A DNA stretch of 64,000 nt from Anaeromyxobacter sp. (GCA_049840735.1 JASGJN010000022.1:32001-96000); one strand, 5' to 3'. Positions 49,784 to 61,214 are shown, counted from the stretch's first letter. Numbers and translations are program-made. The notes: generated by a model from the sequence alone, not told the origin.

Positions 49784-50749
49784 GTGCGCTGTCCACGCTG
49801 CCGCCTGGAGTCCCCCGACACCACGGTGTCCTGCCCGTCCTGCGGGGCGCCGCTGGCGTTCCGCCCGGAGCCACCGGTGCGGCCGCTCGAGGCGAACCTG
49901 TCGCTGGACCGGCGCGCAGGCGTGCGCGGCTCCGCGGCTGCGCCGCCGTCCGGGCCGGAGCTGGACCTGGCGGGTGAGCGGGTGGCCCGCGCGCCGCCGC
50001 CGCGCCCGGGGACGCAGGCGCCGCTGACGCGGCCGGCTGCGCCGGTCGCTCCGAACACCGCTCGCGCCGCGCCTGTCGAAGGGCGAGCGACGCCTGCCGC
50101 GCCCACCTCCGCGCCGCGTCCCCCTGCGCTTGCCGCAGCCGCGCCCGCGCCGCGTCCCTCTCCGCCCATCGTCGCCGCGCCTCCCGCGCCGCGTCCGCCT
50201 CCGCCTGCGCCGCTGCTGGAGGAGCCGCCGCTCGAGGAGCCGGCTTCGCTCGAGGACGACACCATCGAGGTGGCGGTGGAGCCGGTGGAGGTCCACCTGC
50301 ACCGCGCGTCCGACTGGCGCCGGGTGCTGGCCTGGGCCATCGACGGGCCGCCCTTCGTCGCGCTCTTCCTGTGGGGTACCCAGGTCGTCCTTCAGCGCCT
50401 GGCGCCCAGCCGCGACCTGGCGGCCTGGGGCTACGTGGAGGCTGCGGCCGCGCACTGGGGCAGCCTGGTCGCCCCCATCCTCGGGGCCGTGGCCGTGCTC
50501 TGGCTGGTGTACGCCACCCTGTGCCACGCGCTGGCCGGGGCCACCCTGGGCAAGGGGTTGCTCCGGGTGCGGGTGGTAGGTCCGGGTGGGCGCCGGCCCA
50601 GCCTGGGCCGCTCCGCCTTCCGCTCGGCCCTGGCGCTGATGTCGGTGGCGCTGCTCGGGCTCGGGGTGCTCCTGGCCCTCTTCACCCGGAGCGGCCGCGG
50701 GCTGCACGATCTCATCGCCCGGACCTGGGTGGTCGAGGCGTCGCCTTGA
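49784..50749 (+). CDS. Zinc-ribbon + RDD family membrane protein
   Basis: CPRC...CPSCG, WRRVLAWAID, GATLGK, RGLHDLIARTWV. Confidence 0.9.
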   Translation: MRCPRCRLESPDTTVSCPSCGAPLAFRPEPPVRPLEANLSLDRRAGVRGSAAAPPSGPELDLAGERVARAPPPRPGTQAPLTRPAAPVAPNTARAAPVEGRATPAAPTSAPRPPALAAAAPAPRPSPPIVAAPPAPRPPPPAPLLEEPPLEEPASLEDDTIEVAVEPVEVHLHRASDWRRVLAWAIDGPPFVALFLWGTQVVLQRLAPSRDLAAWGYVEAAAAHWGSLVAPILGAVAVLWLVYATLCHALAGATLGKGLLRVRVVGPGGRRPSLGRSAFRSALALMSVALLGLGVLLALFTRSGRGLHDLIARTWVVEASP

Positions 50750-50781
50750 CCCCTCCCGGACGCGGCCCTACAACCGCAGCC

Positions 50782-53552
50782 GTGCCGACCGATTCTCGCC
50801 GCGCCGCCGATCGAGGACGGCGTGGTGACCGCCGAGCAGATGGCGCTCGCCGCGGTCCGCCAGCGCGCGGCCGGCGGCGGCCTGGACACCGCGCTGCTGG
50901 AGCTGGGCGCGGTGGAGGAGCCGGCGCTGGCCGCCGCCCTCTCGCGCGTCTCCGGCCTCCCCGCGGCCCCTCCCTCGGCCTGGAGCGCCGCCGACGCCCG
51001 CGCGCGGCGCGTGTTCCCGTCGCGCGTGGCCGAGCGGCACGGGCTGGCGCCCTTCGCGCTCTCCGGGCGCGAGCTGTCGCTGGTGGCGGCCTTCCCCATC
51101 GACGGCGTGCTGCTGGACGAGATCAGCTTCATGCTCTCGCTCCACCTCACGCCGCACGTGGCGCCGGAGTGGCGCGTCCGCTCCCTCATCCACCAGCTCT
51201 ACGGCGGTCCGCTCGAGCCGCGCTTCGCGGCCCTGGCCGAGGGCAACGGCAGGCTGGCCGCGCCCATCACCGTGGAGGCGCCGCCGGCCGAGGCCGCGCC
51301 CGCGCCGCCCGCCGCGGCGCCCGCGCCCGCCGCGCCGCGCGAGGAGCCGGAGGTCTACGACCCGCAGGCCCTGGCCCCGCCGCCGGAGCACGCGTTCGAC
51401 GAGGAGGAGCCGCTCCTGGAGGAGCCGGCCGGCCTGGACCTGGCCGCGCCGCGGCTGCCCGCAGGTGGCTTCACCCGCTCGCCGGACGAGCCGCTGGAGC
51501 CGCTGGCCGAGGCGCTGGCCCAGGCGCTGGAGTCGGACGAGCTCTCCTTCTTCGACGAGCACCTCGACGACGAGCACGCGGCGGAGGCGCCTGCTCCGAG
51601 CGGCATCGTGGAGGCGCCCGTGGCCCCGCCGCCCGCGGCGGCCCCCGGGGCGTCTGCCCTCGACGCGCCCCCGGGCTGGACGCTGGACGAGGCCCGCGCC
51701 GCCCTGGCGGCGGCCGGCGGGCGCGACGCGGTGGTGCGGGTGGTGCTGCGCTACGCCCGCGACCTGTTCGAGTTCGCGGCCTTCTTCGCCGTGACGCGTG
51801 ACGCGGTCGCCGGCCACGACGCGCTGGGCCAGGAGGAGGACGCGCGCGCGCTCTGCCGCGGCACCGCCATCTACGTGAGCGACCCGGGCACCATCCACAC
51901 GGTGATCGAGACCCGCGCCCCGTACCTCGGCCCCGTCGAGCGGTCCGCGGTGGGCAACCAGGCGGTGCTGGACGGCCTGCGGCGCGGCACGCCCAGGACG
52001 GTGCTGGTGGCGCCGGTCCTGCTGCGCAACCGGGTGGCCTGCCTGCTCTACGCCGACAACGGCCCGGCCGCGGTGTCGCCGCGGCGGCTGGAGAACCTGC
52101 TCCTGCCGGTCTCCGCCGTGGGGCCGACCTTCGACCGGATGATCCGCGAGCGGAAGCGGCGCCGGGTGGAGTCCGCGCCGGCCGCGCCTGCGCCTGCGCC
52201 AGCGCCTGCTCCTACGGTCGAGGTCGCCGTCGCGGCGCCGCCGCCCGTCGCGCCGGAGCCGCAAGCTGCGCCCCAGCCGCCGCCCGCGACGCCCGGACCG
52301 CCACCCGCGCCGGCAGCCGCGAGCGCCGAGCCGGAGCCCTGGACCGCCGCGCGGCTGGGCGAGGTGGCGGGCGGGCCGCAGGGCGAGCTGATCCAGCCGC
52401 CGCCGTCGCCCACCCCGCCGCCGGTCGCCGTCGAATCCGCCGCCCGGGCCGGCCTCGCAGCCCGAGCCGTGGAAGACGAACGAGCCGGCGCTGGCGACCG
52501 ACTTCGACATCGACCTGGAGCTGGGCCAGGACGAGCTGACCGACCTCGAAGAGGAGCCCCCGCGGATTGACGCGGAGGCGGCGCCGGAGCCGGCGCACGA
52601 ACCGAAGCCTGAGCCGGCGCGGCAGCCGGAGCCGCAGCCGGAGCCTGAGCGGCGGCTGGAGCCGGGACCGCGTCCCGAGCCGGAGCCGCATCCGGAACCG
52701 GGGCCGGAGCCCGCACCCGCCGATCCCCTGCAGGCCGCCCTCGCGGCGCTGCTCGCCACCGCGCCCGGCAGCCCCGAGCGCGAGTCCGCCATCGCCGCGG
52801 TCACGGCCCTGCCGGACGCGCCCTCCACGCTCGCCGCGGCGCTCCCCGGGCCCGTCGAGGCCGAGGCCGGTCCCGCCGCGGCGCGCGGGCCGGTGGCCGC
52901 CGCGGTGGCCGCGCTGGGGGCCGTCGCCGCGCCGGCGCTCCTGCCGCTGCTGCAGGAGAACGATCCGGCGCGCCGGCTCATCGCCGTGGTCCTGCTGGGC
53001 CAGGCCGCCGTGCCCTCCACCTTCCCGGCGGTGGCCGACCGCGCCATCGACGGCGACGCGCGCGTGGCCGCCGCCGCGGCCGATGCGCTGGCGGCCGCGC
53101 GCCGGCACCCCGGCATGCGGACCGTGCCGGAGAAGCTGCGCCGCGCGCTGCTCTCCGGCGTGGCCTCGCGGGCCATGGGCGCGGCGCGGGCGCTGGGCGC
53201 GCTGCGCGACGCCGACGCCATCCCCATGCTGATCCAGGTGGTGGAGTCCGGCGACCGCGACACCTCCGCCGCCGCCGCCGACGCGCTGGAGCGGATCACG
53301 CTGCAGCGGATCGGTCCGGACGCGCGCGGCTGGCTGCGCTGGTGGAAGGAGAACCGCGGCCGCGGCCGGGCCGAGTGGCTCTTCTCAGGCCTGACCCACG
53401 CCGATGTCGCGGTGCGGCAGGCGGCCATGGACGAGCTCACCGCCGCGGCGCCGCCCCCGGTGGCCTACGCGGTGGACGCCCCCCAGGCGGACCGCGAGAA
53501 CGCCGCCCGTTCCTGGGCGGGCTGGTGGGCCCGTTCGGGGCAGGTGCTCTGA
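50782..53552 (+). CDS. T2SSE_N-like + GAF-like + HEAT-repeat protein (FrgA-like), +1 frameshifts at about 50793 and about 52434
   Basis: [15 protein letters not shown]...[38 protein letters not shown] repeats and [14 protein letters not shown]. Similarity to M. xanthus FrgA is from memory. Confidence 0.75.
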
Positions 53553-53646
53553 GGAAAGTGCCCGTGGCTCCTGGCAGATCCTTGCCAGGGCAGAATGCCG
53601 CTGCATATCCTCGCCCTCCCCCGAAGACCCCCCGCGAGGCATCACC

Positions 53647-55209
53647 ATGTCCAAGCCGCTCGACCCCGATCCGCGCAGGGCGCTGCTCGATCGCCTGAAC
53701 CAGGAGGCGGAGCTGGGGGGCGGCGAGGAGCGCATCGCCCGCCAGCACAAGGACGGGAAGCTCACCGCGCGGGAGCGGGTCGAGATGTTCCTCGACCCCG
53801 GCACCTTCGTGGAGATGGACCGGTTCAAGACGCACCGCTGCGCAGAGTTCGGGATGGAGAAGCAGAGGATCCTGGGCGACGGCGTGGTGACCGGCTACGG
53901 CCTGGTCGAGGGGCGGCAGGTCTTCGTCTTCGCGCAGGACTTCACCGTCTTCGGCGGCTCGCTCTCCGGCGCCTTCGCCGAGAAGATTTGCAAGGTGATG
54001 GACCGGGCCATGGAGGTGGGCTGCCCGGTGATCGGCCTCAACGACTCCGGCGGCGCGCGCATCCAGGAGGGCGTGGTCTCGCTGGCCGGCTACGCCGACA
54101 TCTTCCTGCGCAACACCCTGGCCTCCGGCGTGGTCCCGCAGATCTCGGTGATCATGGGCCCCTGCGCCGGCGGCGCGGTCTACAGCCCGGCCATCACCGA
54201 CTTCATCTTCATGGTGAAGGACACGTCGTACATGTTCATCACCGGGCCGGAGGTCATCAAGACCGTCACGCACGAGGAGGTGACCAAGGAGGACCTGGGC
54301 GGCGCCCAGACCCACTCCACCCGCTCCGGCGTGGCCCACTTCGCGCTCGACACCGAGGAGGCCACGCTCCGCGGCGTGCGCGAGCTGCTCTCCTTCCTGC
54401 CGCTCAACAACACCGACGACCCGCCCGCGCAGCCCTGCGCCGACGACGTGGGGCGCCGCGACGAGGCGCTCAAGACCGTCATCCCCGACAGCCCCAACAA
54501 GCCCTACGACATGAAGGACGTGATCGAGGGCGTGGTGGACGACCGGCACTTCTTCGAGGTGGGCGAGCACTACGCCATGAACATCCTCTGCGGCTTCGCC
54601 CGGATGAACGGGCGGCCGGTGGGGATCGTGGCCAACCAGCCGGCGGTGCTGGCGGGCGTGCTGGACATCAACGCGTCGGTCAAGGCGGCCCGCTTCGTCC
54701 GCTTCTGCGACGCCTTCAACATCCCGCTGCTCACCTTCGTGGACGTGCCCGGCTTCCTGCCCGGCACAGACCAGGAGTGGAACGGCATCATCACCCACGG
54801 CGCCAAGCTGCTCTACGCCTACGCCGAGGCCACCGTGCCCAAGGTGACCGTCATCACGCGCAAGGCCTACGGCGGCGCCTACGACGTGATGGCCTCCAAG
54901 CACATCCGCGCAGACGTGAACCTGGCCTTCCCCACCGCCGAGATCGCGGTCATGGGGCCGGAGGGCGCGGTCAACATCATCTTCCGCAAGGAGCTGGCCG
55001 CCGCCGCCGACCCGGCCGCGGAGCGGGCCCGCCTCATCGCCGAGTACCGCGAGAAGTTCGCCAACCCCTACAAGGCGGCCGAGCTGGGCTACATCGACGA
55101 GGTCATCAAGCCGGAGGAGACCCGGCCCAAGGTGATCCGCCACCTGGAGATGCTGCGCACCAAGCGCCAGGAGCTGCCGCCCAAGAAGCACGGGAACATC
55201 CCGCTGTAG
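53647..55209 (+). CDS. pccB: Acyl-CoA (propionyl-CoA) carboxylase carboxyltransferase subunit
   Basis: [53 protein letters not shown]. Confidence 0.95.
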   Translation: MSKPLDPDPRRALLDRLNQEAELGGGEERIARQHKDGKLTARERVEMFLDPGTFVEMDRFKTHRCAEFGMEKQRILGDGVVTGYGLVEGRQVFVFAQDFTVFGGSLSGAFAEKICKVMDRAMEVGCPVIGLNDSGGARIQEGVVSLAGYADIFLRNTLASGVVPQISVIMGPCAGGAVYSPAITDFIFMVKDTSYMFITGPEVIKTVTHEEVTKEDLGGAQTHSTRSGVAHFALDTEEATLRGVRELLSFLPLNNTDDPPAQPCADDVGRRDEALKTVIPDSPNKPYDMKDVIEGVVDDRHFFEVGEHYAMNILCGFARMNGRPVGIVANQPAVLAGVLDINASVKAARFVRFCDAFNIPLLTFVDVPGFLPGTDQEWNGIITHGAKLLYAYAEATVPKVTVITRKAYGGAYDVMASKHIRADVNLAFPTAEIAVMGPEGAVNIIFRKELAAAADPAAERARLIAEYREKFANPYKAAELGYIDEVIKPEETRPKVIRHLEMLRTKRQELPPKKHGNIPL

Positions 55210-55316
55210 GGGCGCGGAGCCTCGCGTTCGGCCCGACCATCGCGTCCGCAGGCCCAGCCTGCCGAAGGGCCGAGGGCCGATGCGCCGCGCGCTGGAGCGC
55301 GCCACCGGTGCCACGG

Positions 55317-56140
55317 GCCCCGTTCGTCCTGAGCCTAGCGCCCGCCCGGCGGGCGCGGAGTCGAAGGACAGGGATCTTCGCCTGGCCCGCTCGCGAATCC
55401 CGTTCATGGTTCGACTCCGGGCCGGCCAGGCCGCGCTCCCGGCGCGAGCCCGGCCCTGCGCTCACCATGAACGGAGGGTAAACCTTTGGCGTCGCCTGCC
55501 ATGGGCCTGCCGAAGGGCTCGGGATGTGCGGAACGTGCGGGCCAGGGCCGCCGCCCCGCTCACCTCGCCGGCGCGTTCGCCGCCAGCGCCACCTTCTCGA
55601 TCAGGCAGCGGTCGTCGTTGGCCCCCGTTCGTCCTGAGCGTAGCGCCCGCTCGGCGGGCGCGGAGTCGAAGGACAGGGATCTTCGCCTGGCCCGCTCGCG
55701 AATCCCGTTCATGGTTCGACTCCGGGCCGGCCAGGCTGCACGCTCGGCGCGAGCCCGGCCCTGCGCTCACCACGAACGGAGGGTGAAGACCTTCGGCGTC
55801 GCGCCACCTCCTCGATCAGGCAGCGGTCGTCGTTGGCCCCCGTTCGTCCTGAGCGTAGCGCCCGCCCGGCGGGCGCGGAGTCGAAGGACAGGGATCTTCG
55901 CCTGGCCCGCTCGCGAATCCCGTTCATGGTTCGACTCCGGGCCGGCCAGGCTGCACGCTCGGCGCGAGCCCGGCCCTGCGCTCACCATGAACGGAGGGTG
56001 AACCTTTGCCGTCGCCTGCCATGGGCCTGCCGAAGGGCCCGGGATGTGCGGAACGTGCGTGCCAGGGCCGCCGCCCCGCTCACCTCACCGGCGCGTCCGC
56101 CGCCAGCGCCACCTTCTCGATCAGGCAGCGGTCGTCGTTG
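55317..56140. repeat. Tandem triplication (55317-55620, 55621-55835, 55836-56140) of a REP doublet plus the 3' end of the neighbouring gene
   Basis: Units align base by base; the middle unit has an internal deletion of about 90 bp; each ends in CTCGATCAGGCAGCGGTCGTCGTTG. Confidence 0.95.
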
Positions 56141-56628
56141 CAGACGCTGAACGCCAGCGTGCCGGCCAGCCGCGCCGCGCCGGCGGGCGGCGCGGTGAAG
56201 GGCAGGGCCACGGTGAGCGCGCAGGCGTGCTCCGGGTGCTCGGCGCAGGGCGTGCGCTCGGCGCCGGTCCCCAGCGCCACGCGCTCGCCGGAGAAGCGGG
56301 CGGTGGCGGCCGGGTCGGGCGAGAAGGAGAGCGGGTAGTCCGGGTTCACGTGGAAGGTGCCGCGGGCGCCGATGCGGACGCGCGCCTGGGCGGGCGCGCC
56401 GGCGGTGGCGGCGGGCGTCTCCAGCGCCACGGTCCAGGCCTCCGCCTCGGCCGTCGGGCCGGCCGGCGCCGGGGCGCTGGCGGGGAGCGGCGCCGGGAGG
56501 GGCACGAGCGCGCCGGTGGTGGGCTTGGCCGGCTCGGGCGGCACCGGCGCGGGCACCTCCTCGCGGCAGCGGGTGCAGCCGGCGAGGGCCAGGAGCAGCA
56601 GGGCGGTGACGGGGCGGCGCACGGTCAC
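56080..56628 (-). CDS. Lipoprotein with DsbD N-terminal-like domain
   Basis: LAGC lipobox, FHVNPDYP, GTLAFSVCNDDRC; GTGA-coupled to the redoxin gene. Confidence 0.7.
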   Translation of the reverse strand: MTVRRPVTALLLLALAGCTRCREEVPAPVPPEPAKPTTGALVPLPAPLPASAPAPAGPTAEAEAWTVALETPAATAGAPAQARVRIGARGTFHVNPDYPLSFSPDPAATARFSGERVALGTGAERTPCAEHPEHACALTVALPFTAPPAGAARLAGTLAFSVCNDDRCLIEKVALAADAPVR

Positions 56629-57233
56629 CTCGAGGCGTACTTCACGCTGCAGCCGTAGGCCTTGGTGGACGGCGTCCGGACCGGCCGGCCGGCGGCCAGG
56701 TCCGCCACCGCCTCCGAGACGTACTCGACCAGGTGGCCGCCCTCCGGCGCGCCGCGCTCGCCGTCGGGCGAGTTGTCGATGCCGCCGCGGTAGGCCAGCG
56801 TGCCGCGCGCGTCGATCACGAACAGGTGGGGGGTGTTGGTGGCGCCGTAGGCGCGCCCCACCGTCCCCTCCGGATCGAGCAGGATGGGGTAGGCCAGCTT
56901 GAAGCGCGCCGCGCCCTCCCGGTTGACCTCCGGCCCGTACCCCTGCTTCCCGGGCGCGGCCGAGTTCACCGCCAGCCACACCACGCCCTGCTGCCCGAGC
57001 CGGTCGGCCAGCCCCACCAGCGAGCCGCGGGTGTGCGAGGCGACCACGAACGGGCACTGCGGGTTGAACCACTCCAGCACCACCACCTTGCCGCGCAGCG
57101 CGGAGAGCTGGACGGCCTTGCCGTCCAGGTCCTGCAGCGTGAAATCGGGGGCGGGCTGGCCGGTCGCCGCCGGGTCGGCGGCGGCGGCGAGGGCAGGGAG
57201 CGCGAGCAGGAGGGCGAGGAGCGTGCGGGGCAT
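56625..57233 (-). CDS. Secreted thioredoxin-fold (AhpC/TSA redoxin) protein
   Basis: APDFTL, LEWFNPQCPFV, YGATNTPH, YRGGID, AYGCSVKY. Confidence 0.92.
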   Translation of the reverse strand: MPRTLLALLLALPALAAAADPAATGQPAPDFTLQDLDGKAVQLSALRGKVVVLEWFNPQCPFVVASHTRGSLVGLADRLGQQGVVWLAVNSAAPGKQGYGPEVNREGAARFKLAYPILLDPEGTVGRAYGATNTPHLFVIDARGTLAYRGGIDNSPDGERGAPEGGHLVEYVSEAVADLAAGRPVRTPSTKAYGCSVKYASR

Positions 57234-57288
57234 CCCCAATCCCTAGCCGGCGGTCGCCGCCCGGGCGACCACCGGAGAGGGGCTCCCG

Positions 57289-60001
57289 TCAGAAGTCGCG
57301 GACCTCCCCCTCGTCGTCCATGGGGAAGGCGAGGTCCTTCGCCGGGCCGGGCCGGCCGTTGCGCGGCGGGGGCGGGGCAGGGCGCGCCGCCGGAGCCGCC
57401 AGGCGGGCGGCGGTCCGGGCCGGGCGGTGGAGCGCGGCCTCGCGCTCCAGCTGGAAGGTGCCGATCATCGAGGAGAGCAGCTCGGCCTGCGAGGAGAGCT
57501 CGCTGGCCGCCGAGGAGGACTCCTCGGCGCTGGCCGCGTTCTGCTGGGTGACCTTGTCCATCTCGGAGACGGCCCGGTTCACCTGGTCCATGCCCTGGGT
57601 CTGGGCGCGGGCGGAGGTGGCGATCTCGGTCACCATGGCGGTGACCCGCTCCACCCCGCGCGCGATCTCGTCCAGCCGCCCGGCCACGTGCTTCGCGGCC
57701 CCCTCGCCCTCGCCGGCGTGGCGGACCGACTCGCGGATGAGCCCCTCGGTCTTCTGCGCCGCCTCCTTGGCCCGCAGCGCCAGGGAGCGGACCTCCTCGG
57801 CCACCACCGCGAAGCCCCGGCCGGCGTCGCCGGCCCGGGCCGCCTCCACGGCGGCGTTGAGCGCCAGCAGGTTGGTCTGGAAGGCGATGTCCGAGACGTC
57901 CTTGATGATCTGCGAGGTGCCCTCGGCGGAGGCCCGGATCTGCGCCATGGCCCCCTCCATCTGGTGCACCGCCGCCACGCCCGCCACCGCCGCGGCGTGG
58001 GCGCCGCCGGCGATCTCGGCTCGCCTCCTGGGCGGTGGCCTCGGCGTGCCGGGCCTGCGCGGCCACCGACTCCACCGACGCGCCGGTCTCGGTCAGGGCC
58101 GAGGCCTGCTCGGAGGCGCCGCTCGCCACCGCCTGCGACGAGGCGGCGATCTGCGTGGCCGCGCTGGAGACCTGGCCCACCGCGCCGGACACCTGCTGCA
58201 GCGCCTCGTGCAGCCGCTCCGCGGTCTGGTTGAGCGCCGCCTTGATGCGGGCGTGCTCGCCGCGGTACTCGCCCTTCATGCGGGTGCGCAGGTCGCGCTG
58301 CGCCAGCCGCTCCAGCACCACCGTGGCCTCCTCCACCGGCGCCAGCGTGGCGTCGAGCGTGGCGTTCACGCCGTCCACGATGCGCCGGAACTCGCCCTGG
58401 TGCCGGTCCAGCCTGGCCCGCTCGTCCAGCCGGCCGGCGAGCGCGGCCTGGTTGAGCGCGTCCACGTCGGCCACCAGCGCGCCCACCGCGCTCATGCAGC
58501 CGTTCAGGCCCTGCCGCAGCACCTCCAGCTCGCCCTGGGCCGGCGTGGTGGTGGGCGCGGGCAGGTCGCCGCGGGCCAGCCTGGCGACCTGGCCTGCCGC
58601 GTCGCGCAGCGGCGCGATCACCGCCGCCAGCGCGGCGTCGATCCCCTCGACCATCGCCTTCCACTCGCCCCGGAACCGGCCCGCCTCGGCGTGGGCCGAG
58701 AGGTCGCCGGCCTGGGTCCGGCGCGCCAGCTCGGTCACCTCGGCCGCCACGGCGCGCAGGTTGTCGCGCACCTGGTCCATCGCCTGGTGGGCCACGGCCA
58801 GCTTGCCGGGGAAGCGGCGCGCCTGGCGCGCGAAGTCACCGGCCCCGTAGGCCTGCAGCACCTCCAGCAGGTGGAGGATGGCCTCCACGTGGTGCTGCAT
58901 CCCGGCGTTGAGGCCTGCCGCCACCCGCCGGTAGGCGCCCTCGAACCGCGCCTCGTCCACCTTGGCCTCGAGATCGCCGGCCACCTGCAGGCGGGAGGTC
59001 TCGTCCATGGTCTCCACCAGCCCCGAGACCGCTGCGCTGCAGCGGTTGAGCGCGTCGCGCAGCGTGCCGAACTCGCCCTGGAACGAGGCGGTGATGGGCG
59101 GCGGGAGATCGCCCACGGAGATGCGCGCCAGGTGGGCGTGCACCGTCTGGAGCGGCTCGGCGTAGGCGTCCATGATCCGGTTGATGCCGTGCACCACCGG
59201 CTGGAAGTCCGGGCTCACGTGGGCCGCGTCGGCGCGGTCGGCCAGGCGCCCCGCGGCCACCGCCTCGGCCATCTGCAGCGCCTCGTCCGTCAGCGCCGCC
59301 ACCGTGCGCCGGGCGCCGCGGGCGGCCACCCACCAGAGGCCCAGCAGCGCCAGCGCGGCCAGCACCACGGCCACCGTGACGGCGCTGGCGTAGCGCGCCG
59401 CCGTCTCGCGCCCCTCCTCCACCACCGCCCGCGAGTCGAGCTCCTGCGCCGCCTGCACCGCGTCCAGGGCGTCGTCCGCAGCCTTGACCTCCTTCGAGGC
59501 CCGCTCCCAGAGCGCGCGCACCTGCGCGTCGAGCTGGTCGATCTCGGCCGGCGCAGCGCCTCCCGCCAGCCGCTGGTCACGCTCGCGGGCCAGGTCGAAC
59601 ACCTCCCCGGCGGTCTTCCGGAAGGGGGCGTCCGCCTGCGCCAGCGCCTCCAGCTTGGCCGCGACCTCCGCGTCCGCCTGCAGCCGCTGCAGCTCGGCGA
59701 AGGCCTGGTCGTACCGCTCCATGGCCTCGCGCGCCTTCTTGTTGGAGTTGGCGCGCTGCTCGGGGGTGAAGTCGCGCCCCAGGGCCGTGCCGTTGAGGCG
59801 GCGCATGATGGCGGTGTGCGCCTCGTCCATGATGCCCAGCTGGCTGGCGGCGGAGACGTGCTCCCCGCCGATGTGCTCGATGCGCTGGCGCAGGCCGGTG
59901 GTGCTGCTCCAGGCCAGGGCGCCCACCGCGACGACCACGGCGAACGCGGCGCCGAAGGCCAGCGCGAGCTGCGTGGCGATCCGCTTGTCTTCCATCCGCA
60001 T
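57289..60001 (-). CDS. Methyl-accepting chemotaxis protein with poly-HAMP region, +1 frameshift at about 58021
   Basis: Two TMs flanking a helical periplasmic domain, repeated GDL...G(E)F HAMP units, [20 protein letters not shown]...[12 protein letters not shown]. Confidence 0.95.
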
Positions 60002-60114
60002 CACGGCACCTCGGGGCAGCGCGCCCGGGGCGGGCGGCGCAGGGCGGGGCTGAAGCTGGGGAGCCGGGGCCCAGCGGGTTTTCACCGCTGCACCCCGGCT
60101 CGACGGAACCCGGG

Positions 60115-60130
60115 AGCACCCGGCGTGCCA
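60115..60130 (-). promoter_or_regulatory. Putative sigma54 promoter of the MCP gene
   Basis: TGGCACG-CCGG-GTGCT on the minus strand, about 115 nt upstream of the start. Confidence 0.65.
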
Positions 60131-60260
60131 GCCCAGCGGCCGACGGCCCGCCGGACGAGGTGCGCGCGACGGCTGTGGTTTTCCCGGGCGCAGGGTCCGC
60201 GCGCCGGGGCCGCCGCCGGGGGCCGTCCGGACCCACGGTCCCCCGCAGGACCCGCCGGCG

Positions 60261-60890
60261 CTAGTGGCGCGTGGCCTCGGCCGTCGTGGTGGCCGCGCCA
60301 CCCACATCGCCGATGGGCCCCAGCGCCGAGCGCTCCACGCGGCGCCGGCCGGTGAGGGCCTGCGCGGCGCGGCGGGCCAGCCAGCCCAGGCCGCGCACGG
60401 CGTCTCCCGCCAGGCGCCCGGGCGCCGCGCGCGAGAAGAGCGCCGGGGCCTCGGCGGCGGCGCGGCCCAGGGTCACCACCCCTGCACCGTGGGTGTACAC
60501 CAGCTCGCCGCCCAGGTAGGCGGTGTAGACCGCCGCGCCGCTCGCAGCCAGGCCGGCCGCGGCGCTGGTGAGCGTGGCGCGGTGGCGGCTCCGCCAGGTG
60601 GCCACGCCCAGCGCCGCCAGCACCAGCCCCACGTTCCCGGCGCCGTGGATGAACATCATGTCGCGCGCGTGCTCGCCCTCCAGCGAGATCTCCTGCGAGG
60701 CGGCCATGCCCGCCAGGCCGGTCACCAGGCCGCTGGCCGCGGTGGCCCACCAGAGCGAGCGGGCCAGCCGGTCCAGCCGGCGGTCGCGCGGCGCCAGCGC
60801 GGCCAGCAGGTCCACCGCCGCCGTCGCCGGCAAGAGCACCAGCGGGACGTGGACCAGGGACGGGTGGAGCTCGTGCGTGCGCATGGCCAT
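60261..60890 (-). CDS. DUF2231-like membrane protein
   Basis: LHPSLVHVP, HGAGN, AYLGGELVY. Confidence 0.82.
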   Translation of the reverse strand: MAMRTHELHPSLVHVPLVLLPATAAVDLLAALAPRDRRLDRLARSLWWATAASGLVTGLAGMAASQEISLEGEHARDMMFIHGAGNVGLVLAALGVATWRSRHRATLTSAAAGLAASGAAVYTAYLGGELVYTHGAGVVTLGRAAAEAPALFSRAAPGRLAGDAVRGLGWLARRAAQALTGRRRVERSALGPIGDVGGAATTTAEATRH

Positions 60891-60969
60891 GTGATTCGCC
60901 TCCCGCCTCCACGCTGCGGACGCGCGATCGGCCGCGCAACGCGGCGCCCCGCGCTGTAGGATCCCGGGG

Positions 60970-61161
60970 ATGAAGAAGAAGCGGATGCCCAACCTGCGGG
61001 ACACCGGCCGCCATTACCTCGAGGGCACGCAGCGCGCCCGGCTGGCCAGCCCGGGGATCGAGCGCCACGTGCCCGCCGGCGGCGGCAGCCGGCTCGGCCC
61101 GGTGGTGCTGGCGCTGGTGGCGCTGGCCGCGCTGGTCGGCGCGATGCTCTGGCTTCGCTGA
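60970..61161 (+). CDS. Small protein with C-terminal TM helix
   Basis: 63-aa ORF with good GC3 and a hydrophobic C-terminus. Confidence 0.55.
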   Translation: MKKKRMPNLRDTGRHYLEGTQRARLASPGIERHVPAGGGSRLGPVVLALVALAALVGAMLWLR

Positions 61162-61214
61162 CCGCGCGGCGCGGGCCGTGCGCCCTGGGCCTGTCGAGGG
61201 GCGCCTGAAGCGTG

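Noticed and set aside
55317..56140. CRISPR or guide-RNA array
   Set aside because: Units are 215-305 bp near-identical duplications that include gene sequence, not repeat-spacer structure.
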